DNA from: Chlamydiales bacterium
GTDB taxonomy: Bacteria > Chlamydiota > Chlamydiia > Chlamydiales > SM23-39
NCBI GenBank assembly: GCA_035479435.1
Contig: DATIIR010000058.1
Coordinates: 1-56,042, forward strand
Reading direction: 5' to 3'
DNA: 56,042 bases
In this document: in pieces, positions 17,500 through 27,527 of the stretch
Layout of the letters: each line of letters starts with the position of its first letter
Numbering within the stretch: position 1 is the stretch's first letter
Made by a program: the position numbers and the translations under genes
Notes under the pieces: model-generated
Databases searched by the model: none
What the model was told of the DNA's origin: nothing
The model's input: only the letters and a program-made list of their open reading frames with translations

Positions 17500-17961
17500 A
17501 TGAAGTATTGGCCTCTGATCTCTTTGGTTGTTATTGCTGGGCTAGCCGCAACAGCGCTTTCATCGGGTTTTGAGATGAGGAGCTGGATGCACTACTTCAT
17601 GGGGTTTTTCCTTTGTCAATTTGCGATGCTAAAGATTTTCCATCCTGGAGGATTCGCCGACGGGTTTTCGATGTACGATCTGATTGCGTCCAGGTGGCGC
17701 TTGTATGGGTACATTTATCCGTTGATTGAACTTGGATTGGGGCTGGGTTATTTATCATTCTTTGCCCCCGTTTGGGTCTATTCGGTGACGATGATCGTCT
17801 TGGGAATCGGAGCTATCGGAGTGGTGAGATCTCTTCTTCGTGGGCTTGATCTAAGATGCGCTTGTATGGGTACTGTTTTAGATGTCCCACTTTCCACGGT
17901 TACGCTTACAGAAGATGTGGCGATGATCGCCATGGCCGCACTCCTTTTATATAATATGTAA
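17500..17961 (+). CDS. MauE/DoxX-like redox-associated membrane protein
   Basis: Four to five TM segments and a CACMG...PLSTVTLTED motif. Start chosen at MKYWPLISL. Confidence 0.7.
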   Translation: MKYWPLISLVVIAGLAATALSSGFEMRSWMHYFMGFFLCQFAMLKIFHPGGFADGFSMYDLIASRWRLYGYIYPLIELGLGLGYLSFFAPVWVYSVTMIVLGIGAIGVVRSLLRGLDLRCACMGTVLDVPLSTVTLTEDVAMIAMAALLLYNM

Positions 17962-17966
17962 ATTCG

Positions 17967-19820
17967 TTATCTGACGCGGAGGGCGTTGAGGATGACGGCT
18001 ACGTCGATGATCTCTTGGAGGAGGGCGCCGATGGCGGGAGGGATGTGTCCGAGGGCAGCGACGATCATGAGGAGAAAGCTGAGGCCGATGCCAATGAGGA
18101 TGCTCTCCTTGGCGATGTGGAGGGTTTGTTGGCTGATGGCGATGGCTTCGCCGACTTTGGCGATGTCGTCGACGAGAAGGACGATGTCGGCTGCTTCGGC
18201 AGAGATGGCGCTGCCGTGGGCCCCTAGGGCGATGCCGACGGTGGCGGTGGCGAGGGCAGGGGCGTCGTTGATGCCGTCGCCCACCATGGCGATGGGGTCG
18301 TAGTGCTGTTTGAGGGTGTGGATGGCGGCTACTTTCTGTGAGGGGAGAAGGTCGGCTTTGACGTTTTTGATGCCAGCTTGCTTGGCGATGACGGCGGCGT
18401 TTTTGGCGCTGTCGCCGGTGAGCATAACGACTTCGCGGACGCCAAGGGAGCGGATCCTTTCGAGGAGGATGGGAATGTTGGGACGAATGCGGTCGCTGAT
18501 GACGAGGATGCCGATGCAGAGGGCGTTTTTGGCGATGAAGATGAGGAGCTTTTCTTGCGTGTAGAAGCGGTTGATCGCCTCTTGGCAGTTGCGAAAACAG
18601 GAGGGGCCGAGGGTCTGCTCGAGAAAAGAGTGGGAGCCGATGGTGAAATGGTCGTTGCCAATGTCCCCTTCAACGCCGCGGCCGGGGGTTTCGCGGAAGT
18701 GGGTGGGAAGGATGAGTTTCTGGTTGGCTTTGTCGATGACGGCTTTGGCGATGGAGTGGGAGGAGAGCTGCTCAACACAGGCGGTATGGTAGAGGAGGTC
18801 GGCGGCCGATTCGTGATTGAGGGGAATGATCTCTTCGACATAGGGAGTGCCGTAGGTAATAGTGCCCGTTTTGTCAAAGACGACAGCTTGTGCGTTGCCG
18901 ATCTGTTCCATCGGAGCGCCTCCCTTGACGATGATGCCGCTTTGGGCCGATTTATTGATGCCGCAGAGAATGGCCAGAGGAGTGGCGAGAATGAGGGGGC
19001 AGGGAGTGGCCACGACGAGGACGGCGAGGATGGTGGTGGGGTCGCGGGTGATGACAAAGCCGAGGGCGCTCATGAGAAGAGTGAGGGGAGTGAAGAAGAT
19101 GGCGTAGCGATCGGCGAGGCGCTGGATGGGGGCCTTTTCCTCTTGGGCTTTTTTCACGAGTTCGACGATCTTTTGGTATTGGCTGTCGCGGCTGGACTTG
19201 TCGGCGCGCATTTCAAAGGCGCCGTTGATGTCGATGGTGCCGGAAAAGATGGGATCGCCGGGGGTTTTGGTGTGGGCAAGGGGTTCGCCAGTGAGGGCCG
19301 ATTCGTCGATTTCAGAGGTGCCGGAGAGGATGGTGCCGTCGACGGGGATGAGGTCGCCGGGACGGACAATGAGGGTGTCTCCAATGCGAACATGGTCGAC
19401 GTCTATTTTTTCGAGGGCGCCGTCGGTTTTGCGGAGGGCGAAACGGGGGGCGCGGGCGAGGAGGGCTTTGAGTGAGGAGGTCGCTCTGCGGAGACCGTAG
19501 GATTCGAGGGCTTCACCGCCCGATTGCATCAGGACGACGACAGCGCCCGCAAAGGCTTGATTCATGAGGATGGCGGTAAGGATCGCGAGCATGGCGACGA
19601 TATCGGAGGCAAAGTGGCCTTTGAGAATGCCCTTGAAGGTCTGCCAGACAATGGGGATGCCGCCGAGGATCAGGGTAACGAACCAAATCCAACTGCTGAG
19701 TTGCGGTTGATGGAGAAAGTAAAAGAGGAGGCCGAGGAGGAGTCCCGTGAGGGCGAAAAGGGGGATGGGATAGCGAATTTTACTCAAGTTCATTGGGCGC
19801 CGCGACGAGCCGCTTGCCAT
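17967..19820 (-). CDS. Heavy-metal P1B-type ATPase with a TPCP transmembrane motif and no N-terminal metal-binding domain
   Basis: TGEP, DKTGTIT, MLTGD and VGDGINDAP motifs. The TM metal-site motif reads ATPCPLILATP. Confidence 0.9.
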   Translation of the reverse strand: MASGSSRRPMNLSKIRYPIPLFALTGLLLGLLFYFLHQPQLSSWIWFVTLILGGIPIVWQTFKGILKGHFASDIVAMLAILTAILMNQAFAGAVVVLMQSGGEALESYGLRRATSSLKALLARAPRFALRKTDGALEKIDVDHVRIGDTLIVRPGDLIPVDGTILSGTSEIDESALTGEPLAHTKTPGDPIFSGTIDINGAFEMRADKSSRDSQYQKIVELVKKAQEEKAPIQRLADRYAIFFTPLTLLMSALGFVITRDPTTILAVLVVATPCPLILATPLAILCGINKSAQSGIIVKGGAPMEQIGNAQAVVFDKTGTITYGTPYVEEIIPLNHESAADLLYHTACVEQLSSHSIAKAVIDKANQKLILPTHFRETPGRGVEGDIGNDHFTIGSHSFLEQTLGPSCFRNCQEAINRFYTQEKLLIFIAKNALCIGILVISDRIRPNIPILLERIRSLGVREVVMLTGDSAKNAAVIAKQAGIKNVKADLLPSQKVAAIHTLKQHYDPIAMVGDGINDAPALATATVGIALGAHGSAISAEAADIVLLVDDIAKVGEAIAISQQTLHIAKESILIGIGLSFLLMIVAALGHIPPAIGALLQEIIDVAVILNALRVR

Positions 19821-20619
19821 TGAGCGCGTTCCAATAGGTGGTCATTTGGGAACCGTCGGGATTTTGTACGACAATGCTATAAACGGGGAGGAAAACTTCG
19901 GTCGTATTCCGAATGGCAAAATCGTTGCCAAAGGCGGCGCGGGCGACATTTTCCAGCTGAGAGGCGCGGTAGCGTTTCTTGACTCTGAGGGCTTGTTTGG
20001 TCGGCTTGGTGACAAGCCACTGGTCGAGCTTGGTTTCAGGGATGACCTGCAGCCGGGGATTCTGGAGGTGAAGGCGATAGGTGTTGCCGTTTTGCACGAT
20101 GAGGCTCTTTTTTCGACAGCTATCGACCCACGTATCGAGGATGTTATTCTCAATGTTGAGAAATTTGGAGAGACCGTCGCGGTCCCAGGCGCCGCCACGA
20201 GCGGCGAGGGCGTTGATGATCTTGAATTCATGGCGGGTCGCGTTGGAGGCAATGCAATCGGCAAAACCGTGGGTTTTCTCCCACGTGCCGGTGTTGATGA
20301 CCATCTCGGCGTCGACCATGCCCCAAAGGATGACTCCCTCACCCGTTTTATCCGAGGAGCGGATGTACTTCACATCCATGAGGAGATAGGGAACGAACTT
20401 CAGAGTGGGCTCCAAAAAGACATGATCGGAGTCTTTCAGGAGCTCTTTCCGGTGCGCGTCCATGATGGTTTCTGCGGAGTAGCGCACCTCGAGGGTCTGA
20501 AAAGTAGCTGAAGATAAGAGATCTTCGATCTTCGTGCGGACTTTGGGCTGGAAGTTCCAGGTCCAATAGCCGCCGCTGATGAGTACGGCGCACGCGAGAA
20601 AGATGAGAACTGATCGCAT
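19780..20619 (-). CDS. Membrane-anchored hypothetical protein upstream of the ATPase and downstream of rho
   Basis: N-terminal TM anchor MRSVLIFLACAVLISGGYW. No domain recognised. The 3' end overlaps the ATPase start. Confidence 0.65.
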   Translation of the reverse strand: MRSVLIFLACAVLISGGYWTWNFQPKVRTKIEDLLSSATFQTLEVRYSAETIMDAHRKELLKDSDHVFLEPTLKFVPYLLMDVKYIRSSDKTGEGVILWGMVDAEMVINTGTWEKTHGFADCIASNATRHEFKIINALAARGGAWDRDGLSKFLNIENNILDTWVDSCRKKSLIVQNGNTYRLHLQNPRLQVIPETKLDQWLVTKPTKQALRVKKRYRASQLENVARAAFGNDFAIRNTTEVFLPVYSIVVQNPDGSQMTTYWNALNGKRLVAAPNELE

Positions 20620-20633
20620 AATCTCTTTTTAAC

Positions 20634-21953
20634 TTATTCCTTCATCGAAAGCAAGAACTCCGCGTTAGAGGCCGTTTTCTTGAGGCGGGCTGTGAGGAGG
20701 TTCATGGCGTCAACGGGGGTCAAATCGGCGAGGCCTTGGCGCAGGAGATAGATCTTCTCAAGTTCGACCGGATGGAAGAGGAGTTCCTCTTTTCGGGTAC
20801 CGCTCTTGATGAGGTCGATGGCAGGCCAAATGCGGCGGTCGGCGAGACGGCGATCGAGAACGAGCTCCATGTTGCCGGTTCCCTTAAACTCTTCAAAGAT
20901 CACTTCGTCCATACGGGAGCCGGTGTCGATGAGGGCGGTGGCAATAATGGTGAGCGAACCCCCTTGCTCGACGTTACGGGCCGCTCCAAAGAAGCGCTTC
21001 GGCTTGTGGAGTGCGTTGGCGTCGACACCCCCCGTGAGGATCTTGCCTGAGTGGGGTTGAACGGTATTGTAGGCGCGGGCGAGGCGGGTGATGTTGTCGA
21101 GGAGGATGACGACGTCGTAGCCACATTCGACCATACGGCGCGCTTTCTCGATGGCCATTTCGGCGATCTGGACGTGGCGCTCTGGCGGCTCGTCAAAGGT
21201 GGAGGCGATTACCTCCCCTTTCACGGTGCGGATCATGTCGGTGACTTCCTCGGGGCGCTCGTCAATGAGGAGAACCATGAGGACCACTTCGGGACTGTTG
21301 GTCTCGATGGCATTGGCGATGTGCTGCATCAGGATCGTTTTGCCTGACTTGGGAGGGGCGACGATGAGGGCGCGCTGCCCTTTGCCGATCGGAGAGGCGA
21401 GGTCGAGGACGCGTGTGGTGAGACGCTCGCGCGTGGTCTCCATGACAAGTCGCTTGTCGGGGTAGAGCGGGGTGAGGTTTTCAAAGAGGACTCTGTCACG
21501 GGTCTGCTCAAAGGTCTTGCCGTTGATTTTGTCCACCTTGAGCATCGCAAAGTACTTCTCCTTATCCTTGGGAGAGCGGATGGAGCCGTAGAGGGTGTCC
21601 CCTTTGCGGAGGTCAAATCTGCGGATTTGGGCGGGAGAGACGTAGATGTCTTCGGTGGAGGGGAGGTAGTTGTAGTAGGGAGAGCGGAGAAAGCCGAATC
21701 CATCGGGGAGAACTTCGAGGACCCCTTCGCCATAGAGGACTTCATTGGGGCGCTCGGAGATCGTTTTGACAATTTCAAAGACGACAGCTGATTTGGGAAG
21801 CGATGCGGTGTGTTTGAGGCCGATGTTGCGGGCGTAATTTTGCAGCTGATCGATCTTCATCCGCTGTAGATCGGAGATTTTGGTGACTGTTTCGAAGTCG
21901 GCTGGAGGGCGGTGTTCGGTGTTGTTTTGCTCCATTTGCTGATCTTGATTCAT
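20634..21953 (-). CDS. rho: Transcription termination factor Rho
   Basis: RNA-binding FGFLR motif, Walker A APPKSGKT, and the C-terminal ATPase domain. Confidence 0.96.
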   Translation of the reverse strand: MNQDQQMEQNNTEHRPPADFETVTKISDLQRMKIDQLQNYARNIGLKHTASLPKSAVVFEIVKTISERPNEVLYGEGVLEVLPDGFGFLRSPYYNYLPSTEDIYVSPAQIRRFDLRKGDTLYGSIRSPKDKEKYFAMLKVDKINGKTFEQTRDRVLFENLTPLYPDKRLVMETTRERLTTRVLDLASPIGKGQRALIVAPPKSGKTILMQHIANAIETNSPEVVLMVLLIDERPEEVTDMIRTVKGEVIASTFDEPPERHVQIAEMAIEKARRMVECGYDVVILLDNITRLARAYNTVQPHSGKILTGGVDANALHKPKRFFGAARNVEQGGSLTIIATALIDTGSRMDEVIFEEFKGTGNMELVLDRRLADRRIWPAIDLIKSGTRKEELLFHPVELEKIYLLRQGLADLTPVDAMNLLTARLKKTASNAEFLLSMKE

Positions 21954-21970
21954 TTTGCAGAGACTCCAGT

Positions 21971-22582
21971 CTATTGTTTGTGAATGTTTTGGTTCAATTG
22001 GATGACTTCCCGACGAAGCTCTTCCATCGAACCATTGTTATGAATGGTATAGCGGGCTTTGGCTGCTTTCTTTTCTGGCTTTAGCTGCCGATTCATGCGT
22101 AGATCGTATTCCGTTTTTGGGAATCCCGCTTGCTCAAAACGCTTCCTGGCTATTGCCTCATCAGCGAGCACCGCGATTGCCACATCGTAGAATTTGTCCG
22201 CTCCGATTTCGAAGAGCAGAGGGATCTCCACCACAAAGGATGAGTACCGATCTGCTCTGCACGCCGACACATAGAGCTCTTCGATCTTTTGGAGCACCGC
22301 AGGATGGAGCAACTCTTCTAATTTCTTGAGAGTGGCTGGATCCTTGAATGCCTTTTCAGCAACAATCCTACGGCTAATCTGTCCATTTTTTATGATTTCA
22401 TTGCCGAGTTGTCGGATGATTTGCTGACCAAGATCGGTGTCGGGCGTTAGAAGCTCATGGACAATCGCATCAGCATTGACCACGTAGGCTCCCAGTTCTT
22501 CAAAGAACCGACAAACGGACGTTTTTCCGCTTGCCACCCCACCTGTGATAGCAATTTTCCTTAAGCTTAACATTCGGCCCAA
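21971..22582 (-). CDS. coaE: Dephospho-CoA kinase
   Basis: [15 protein letters not shown]-loop; about 200 aa. Confidence 0.88.
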   Translation of the reverse strand: MGRMLSLRKIAITGGVASGKTSVCRFFEELGAYVVNADAIVHELLTPDTDLGQQIIRQLGNEIIKNGQISRRIVAEKAFKDPATLKKLEELLHPAVLQKIEELYVSACRADRYSSFVVEIPLLFEIGADKFYDVAIAVLADEAIARKRFEQAGFPKTEYDLRMNRQLKPEKKAAKARYTIHNNGSMEELRREVIQLNQNIHKQ

Positions 22583-25284
22583 TTTTTGCCAACTGCGATA
22601 TGCACTTCAATCGGGACATTCAAGGTCATGACATGTTCCATTTTCTCCTTGACAATTGCCTCGAAAATAGCGATTTCGGAGTCGGGGATTTCAAAAATTA
22701 ATTCGTCGTGAATTTGCAGGATCATTTTTCCCTTTAAATTCCGTTCGCGCAAGACTCGGTCGATCTCGATCATGGCCATCTTGATCAGGTCGGCGGCGGT
22801 CCCCTGCAGCGGCGTGTTGATGGCCAGTCTCTCTGCCGCGGCGCGGATGCTCGGATTCTGGTTGTGGATCTCGGGGATGGGGCGCAATCTGCCGTTCAGG
22901 GTGGTGGTGGAGCCGCTCTTGCGCACGACGGCTTTACAATGCTCTAAGTAGCTAAGCACGCCCGGGTAGCGGGCAAAATAAGTCTTGATGAAGTCGGAGG
23001 CCTCGCGCATGGAGATCCCGAGCTGTTTAGAGAGGCCGAAGGCGCCTTGTCCATAGACAATGCCGAAGTTCACTGTTTTCGCTTGCGAGCGCATGGCCGG
23101 AGTGACTTCGGTTTCGGGGACGCCGAAGACGAGCGATGCGGTGTGAACGTGGATATCTCTGCCCGTCTTAAAGGCGCGGGTTAGCTCGGGGTCTTCGCTG
23201 AAATGGGCGAGGAGGCGCAGCTCGATTTGCGAGTAGTCGGCTCCGAGGAAACTGTGGCCCGCAGCGGGCTCGAAACAGGAGCGGATCTCCGAGTGGATCG
23301 GGATATTTTGCAGGTTGGGATCTTGGCACGAGAGCCTTCCCGTCGCGGCGACAGACTGATTGAACGTGCAGTGGATGCGCCCGGTAATGGGGTTGACGGC
23401 GTGGGGAAGGGCTTCGACGTAGGTGGAGCGGAGTTTTTCGAGCGTTCGGTATTCTAGAACGTGGCGCACAACTGGGTGTTCCTCTGCCAATTCTTCGAGG
23501 ACGTCGGCAGCAGTGGAGGTGGTTTTCGATTTGAGACCCAGTTTTTGGTAGAGCACTTCGCTCAGCTGCTTGGGCGAATTGAGATTGAACTCTTCGCCCA
23601 CCTCTTCAAAGATCGTGAATTTGGCCTTGGTGAGGTCGTGGACGAGTTTTTCTCCTTCGACTTTTAGCCTCTCTACGTCGAGATAAATGCCGGTTCGCTC
23701 CATTTCTGCCAGAATCGGCAGGAGGGGCAGCTCGATATCGTGGAGAATCGGGCCTAATTTCTTGGCGTGGAGCTCCTCTTGGAAAAGCTCTTTGAGCCTT
23801 GTCGTGTAGTCGATGTCTTCACAGCAGTATTCTTTTACTTTTTCAATCGGCACATCGCGCATCGAAATCTGGTTTTTCCCCTTGCCGATGAGGCTCTCGA
23901 TGGGGACCTTTACTTTTTTGAACTTTTCGAGAGCGAGATCGTCGAGATTGTGGCGGCGCGTTTGGGGATCGATGATATACGAGGCGAGAAGGGTGTCAAA
24001 GGCGATTTTTTTGACGGGGATGTTGAGGTTTTGCAGAATGTGGTAGTCGTATTTGAAGTTGTGCCCATAAAAACCACACGGAGCTGAGGCGAAAAAGTTT
24101 CGGAGGGCCTCGACGACTCTCTGTTTGCCGAGTTTGCCATTGAGCGGCACATACCAAGCTTCGCCCGGCTCCACGCAAAAGCTGATGCCGACCAGATGGG
24201 CGAGCATCGGGTTGATGTCGGTCGTCTCGGTGTCCACCCCCACCTCTTTTGCGCTCGCGAGTCGCTGCAAAAGTGTCCGTAAATCGGCCTCGTTATCGAC
24301 CAAATGATACTCGTGTTTATCCAAATGTAAAGCCGCTTTACATTTGCCAGGGGCCCCCAAAGACGCATCGTCTTTGGGGTTTTGTATTGCGGCTTTACAT
24401 TGCATTTTTACGGGAGAAGGGGCTGCTTTCGGTTCGCTTAACTCCCTCAAAAGGGAGTTGAATTTCATCTCTTGGAAGAAGTTGCCGAGCTTTTGTTTGT
24501 CGGACTCTTTGATGCGGTAAAATTCTACATCTTGGGGGATCTCGACGCGGGTGTGGAGTGTGGCGAGTTCGCGGCTCATCAGCGCCTCTTTCTGTTGCGT
24601 GCGGAGGATCTGCTGCTTCTTTTCCCCTTTGACCCGTTCGGGGTGGGCCAAGATGTTGTCGAGTGTGCCGAATTCCTGTAAGAGTGAGGCGGCTGTCTTG
24701 GGGCCGAAACCCTCCAGGCCGGGGATGTTGTCTGAGGCGTCGCCCATGATCGCGAGGAGGTCGAGCATCTGGTCGGGCCTCACGCCGAAGAGCTCTTTCA
24801 CTTTGGAGGCGTCGACGATGAGATTATCTTTGTGGAGCTGGAGCAGGAAAATCCGGTCGTTGACCAGCTGCATCAGGTCTTTGTCGCTCGAGCAGAGGAA
24901 GACTTTCGAGCCCTTTTTCTCAGCCCAGAGGGCCACCGATGCCATGGTGTCGTCCGCTTCAACTCCATCGACGCAGAGCGTGGAGATGCCGGCCATTTGG
25001 CAGTAGTTGTAGGCGAGATCGAATTGGGGAAAGAGGTCTTCAGGGGCTCCTTTGCGGTGCATTTTGTATTCGGCGTAGACAACTTGGCGCGACTTTTTGT
25101 TGTCGGGGCCGTCGAAAACGCAGACGAGGTGGTCAGCGGAGAAGTCGCGGATCAACTTCTGGACGGTGCGGATAAAGCCAAACAGGGCACTTGTCGACTG
25201 CCCCTTGTCGTTGAGCATGGGCCCAATAGCGTAATAGGAACGGAAAAGGTAATTGACGGCGTCTAAGATATAGATCTTATCCAC
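22567..25284 (-). CDS. polA: DNA polymerase I
   Basis: 5'-nuclease N-terminus, 3'-5' exo motif VGVDTETT, and polymerase motifs DYSQIELR and QIHDELIFE. Confidence 0.96.
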   Translation of the reverse strand: MDKIYILDAVNYLFRSYYAIGPMLNDKGQSTSALFGFIRTVQKLIRDFSADHLVCVFDGPDNKKSRQVVYAEYKMHRKGAPEDLFPQFDLAYNYCQMAGISTLCVDGVEADDTMASVALWAEKKGSKVFLCSSDKDLMQLVNDRIFLLQLHKDNLIVDASKVKELFGVRPDQMLDLLAIMGDASDNIPGLEGFGPKTAASLLQEFGTLDNILAHPERVKGEKKQQILRTQQKEALMSRELATLHTRVEIPQDVEFYRIKESDKQKLGNFFQEMKFNSLLRELSEPKAAPSPVKMQCKAAIQNPKDDASLGAPGKCKAALHLDKHEYHLVDNEADLRTLLQRLASAKEVGVDTETTDINPMLAHLVGISFCVEPGEAWYVPLNGKLGKQRVVEALRNFFASAPCGFYGHNFKYDYHILQNLNIPVKKIAFDTLLASYIIDPQTRRHNLDDLALEKFKKVKVPIESLIGKGKNQISMRDVPIEKVKEYCCEDIDYTTRLKELFQEELHAKKLGPILHDIELPLLPILAEMERTGIYLDVERLKVEGEKLVHDLTKAKFTIFEEVGEEFNLNSPKQLSEVLYQKLGLKSKTTSTAADVLEELAEEHPVVRHVLEYRTLEKLRSTYVEALPHAVNPITGRIHCTFNQSVAATGRLSCQDPNLQNIPIHSEIRSCFEPAAGHSFLGADYSQIELRLLAHFSEDPELTRAFKTGRDIHVHTASLVFGVPETEVTPAMRSQAKTVNFGIVYGQGAFGLSKQLGISMREASDFIKTYFARYPGVLSYLEHCKAVVRKSGSTTTLNGRLRPIPEIHNQNPSIRAAAERLAINTPLQGTAADLIKMAMIEIDRVLRERNLKGKMILQIHDELIFEIPDSEIAIFEAIVKEKMEHVMTLNVPIEVHIAVGKNWAEC
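24323..24402. repeat. Nested palindromic module inside the polA linker
   Basis: Contains AAATGTAAAGCCGCTTTACATTT (24323-24345), the hairpin CCCCAAAGACG-cat-CGTCTTTGGGG (24355-24379), and the degenerate copy TGTATTGCGGCTTTACA (24383-24399). Translated in frame as MQCKAAIQNPKDDASLGAPGKCKAALHL. Confidence 0.85.
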
Positions 25285-25287
25285 CGA

Positions 25288-26349
25288 CTAGTTCTCCATG
25301 GGTTGATACAGATAGGCCACCTTGTCTCGGATTTTGGGCGCTCCCGTGTCGATCGTGTGTTCGATTCTGCCGGTGAACAGAGGAGAGCTCTTCTCGTTGA
25401 AAAGGGAGGAGAGCCATTCGCTCTTCGGTTCCAGAGAGACGACTTGGTAGGGCTTTGTGGCATCGATATTGGCCTGTTTCAGAAGCGCGAGGAGCGTTTC
25501 ATTGCGCGTCGCATTGGCGAAGTCGACATAACCGTAGCTTTGAGCCGTGACGGGATCGAATACTTTAGCGCCATACTCTTGGACCAACTTGGTTTTGTCC
25601 ATGCGCGGTTTTGCGTCCGTGACGATATCGACAAATTGTTGATAGAAGTAGGCTGTGACGGCTTTGAGGGAGGCGTCCTCGTCCGCTTTCCAGGGGCGGA
25701 ATGGGGTCATCATATCCTTGTTGAGACCTTCCGTAATCGTCTGCGATTTGATCCCGATTTTGGTCAGCCCGTCGACGACGTTAAAGAAGGGGCCGATAAT
25801 CACACCCACCGATCCGACGATGCTGGCAGGTCCTGCATAGACTTGATCTGCAGCGCAGGAAATATACATCCCTCCCGATGCGCAGAGGCCATCGATGTAG
25901 GCGAAAACAGGCACTTTGTACTGCTCCTTATAAACTCTCAGCATGCGGTAGATGTTATCCGAATCGACCACCGTTCCACCCGGCGTATTCATATGGAGCA
26001 AAATCGCCTTCACGCGGTTGTCTTTCAATGTGCCGGTGCGCGATTCGACTAAGATATTTTGGACGGTGTCGGTATCGAGGGTTTTTGGCTCCCCAATAAT
26101 CCCATGGATGTTGATCTGTAAAACCACCGGCGCGGTCGATGCCACCACATCCCGTTTGTTTTCTGCATCAGACAGATACTTGATTTTGGTTTTTGCATCG
26201 ATTGTCGTCGTCGTCGAGAGCGCGCTATAGATTAGCGACAGGATGGTGATGGCTAGGAAAATTCCGCATATGGCGAAGAACATACGGCAGAAAGATCTAA
26301 GCGCTGAAATAAAGATCGATTCACGTTGGATTTCCATGGAAGTCCTCAA
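25288..26349 (-). CDS. Signal peptide peptidase SppA/SohB (S49 family)
   Basis: N-terminal TM segment, LHMNTPGG, and DGLCASGGMYISCAAD with the catalytic Ser context. Confidence 0.88.
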   Translation of the reverse strand: MRTSMEIQRESIFISALRSFCRMFFAICGIFLAITILSLIYSALSTTTTIDAKTKIKYLSDAENKRDVVASTAPVVLQINIHGIIGEPKTLDTDTVQNILVESRTGTLKDNRVKAILLHMNTPGGTVVDSDNIYRMLRVYKEQYKVPVFAYIDGLCASGGMYISCAADQVYAGPASIVGSVGVIIGPFFNVVDGLTKIGIKSQTITEGLNKDMMTPFRPWKADEDASLKAVTAYFYQQFVDIVTDAKPRMDKTKLVQEYGAKVFDPVTAQSYGYVDFANATRNETLLALLKQANIDATKPYQVVSLEPKSEWLSSLFNEKSSPLFTGRIEHTIDTGAPKIRDKVAYLYQPMEN

Positions 26350-26381
26350 TTGGATTTGTATCTTACACTACCCGAAATGCC

Positions 26382-26939
26382 CTAAGCTGTCGAGGTCTTG
26401 ATCTGAAAAAGTTCTAGGAAGGCGAGCCATCCCATGACGATGAAGCTGCCGTAGATGTACCAGGGGAACTCGACGCCGAGGACAAGACCCACTAGGACGA
26501 TGAACTGCAGAGCGGTCGTCACCTTGCCCCACCGAATGGCCCGGAAGACGATGGTTTTCCAACGGCCCGCTGCCACGACCAAAAACCCGTAGAGGCAAAG
26601 GAAGAAGTCGCGGGAGAGCATCGCGGCCATTTCCCAGGGCGCTAACCTACTTTCCATGAAGAGGACGCTCATCGCAAAATAGACAAAAAATTTATCCATA
26701 GCTGGGTCGAGGATGGCCCCAAACCGGCTGGTCGATTGGCTCCGTCTGGCCAAATAGCCGTCGATGCTGTCGGTGATCATCGCGAGGATGACCGCTAGGA
26801 TGCGCAGGGAGGAGCTCTCTTGCAGAAACAAAAAAGCAAGGGGCGCTCGGACAAAAGAGAGGCTATTGGATGCGGTCAACATTGAATAGAAAAGCCTAGG
26901 TGGCAGCTTTTTTCTTCCTTTTATACCAAATGAAGCCAA
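26382..26939 (-). CDS. CDP-alcohol phosphatidyltransferase family protein (PgsA-like)
   Basis: DSIDGYLARR...GAILDPAMDK motif. A shorter start at MLTASNSL (26882) would remove the 44-nt overlap with dedA. Confidence 0.8.
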   Translation of the reverse strand: MASFGIKGRKKLPPRLFYSMLTASNSLSFVRAPLAFLFLQESSSLRILAVILAMITDSIDGYLARRSQSTSRFGAILDPAMDKFFVYFAMSVLFMESRLAPWEMAAMLSRDFFLCLYGFLVVAAGRWKTIVFRAIRWGKVTTALQFIVLVGLVLGVEFPWYIYGSFIVMGWLAFLELFQIKTSTA

Positions 26940-27504
26940 TTATCGATACCACAAAGGCGGCGAAGAGGAAAATATTGAAGGTTTTGAGGGCCTGGAGGAG
27001 GGCCTGGTAGTTTTTGCCCACGGTATAGGCCAGGGTAAAGAGAACCGTATTGGAGAGAATGCAGGCGATCCCGTCGCTCAAAATAAATTTGCCGAAGGGC
27101 ATTTTGCCCAATCCCGCCGTGAGAAAGAGGCCGTTGCGCACTCCAAAGGGGATAAACCGGCCGATCAGCAGCGTCAAGAACCCATATTTGGCGTAGTACT
27201 GGTGGACCTGGTCGATTTTCTTCGGATCAAACGTCTTGGCAAACCATCTGATATTCCACAATTTGGGGCCGAAGTGCCTTCCTATCCAATAGCAGACCCA
27301 ATCGGACAGATAGCAGCCCAAAAAAACGCCTATAAATAGTTTATAGGTATTCTCCGGCACGACTGTCGCGGCCAGGACGGCGCTGAAGATGATCATTAGG
27401 TCTTCGCTAATGGGGATATTCAATCCAGCCAGCATCAATGCGCCAAAGACGATCCAATGGGCGTACTGGGCGTTTTCGAAGATAAATTGAATCATGGTCT
27501 CCAT
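26896..27504 (-). CDS. DedA/VTT-domain membrane protein
   Basis: Typical DedA core: SEDLMII...GRFIPFGVRN. Confidence 0.8.
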   Translation of the reverse strand: METMIQFIFENAQYAHWIVFGALMLAGLNIPISEDLMIIFSAVLAATVVPENTYKLFIGVFLGCYLSDWVCYWIGRHFGPKLWNIRWFAKTFDPKKIDQVHQYYAKYGFLTLLIGRFIPFGVRNGLFLTAGLGKMPFGKFILSDGIACILSNTVLFTLAYTVGKNYQALLQALKTFNIFLFAAFVVSIIGFIWYKRKKKAAT

Positions 27505-27527
27505 TAATCCTTACAAATAGGAAACGG

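Noticed and set aside
22925-22945. Half-sites of the iterated palindrome occur, such as GGCTTTACA at about 22930, about 14345 and about 38030, and TGTAAAGCC-like strings.
   Set aside because: Only one arm is present in each case. They may be decayed copies or chance 9-10-mers, so they are not counted among the seven copies.
24440-24459. A perfect 8-bp-stem palindrome AACTCCCT-caaa-AGGGAGTT lies in polA, close to the palindromic module.
   Set aside because: It encodes FNSLLREL, which corresponds to the conserved (L/F)xSLLxE segment at the end of the PolA 5'-nuclease domain (as I recall, Taq has FGSLLHEF). It is therefore most likely native coding sequence rather than part of the inserted module.
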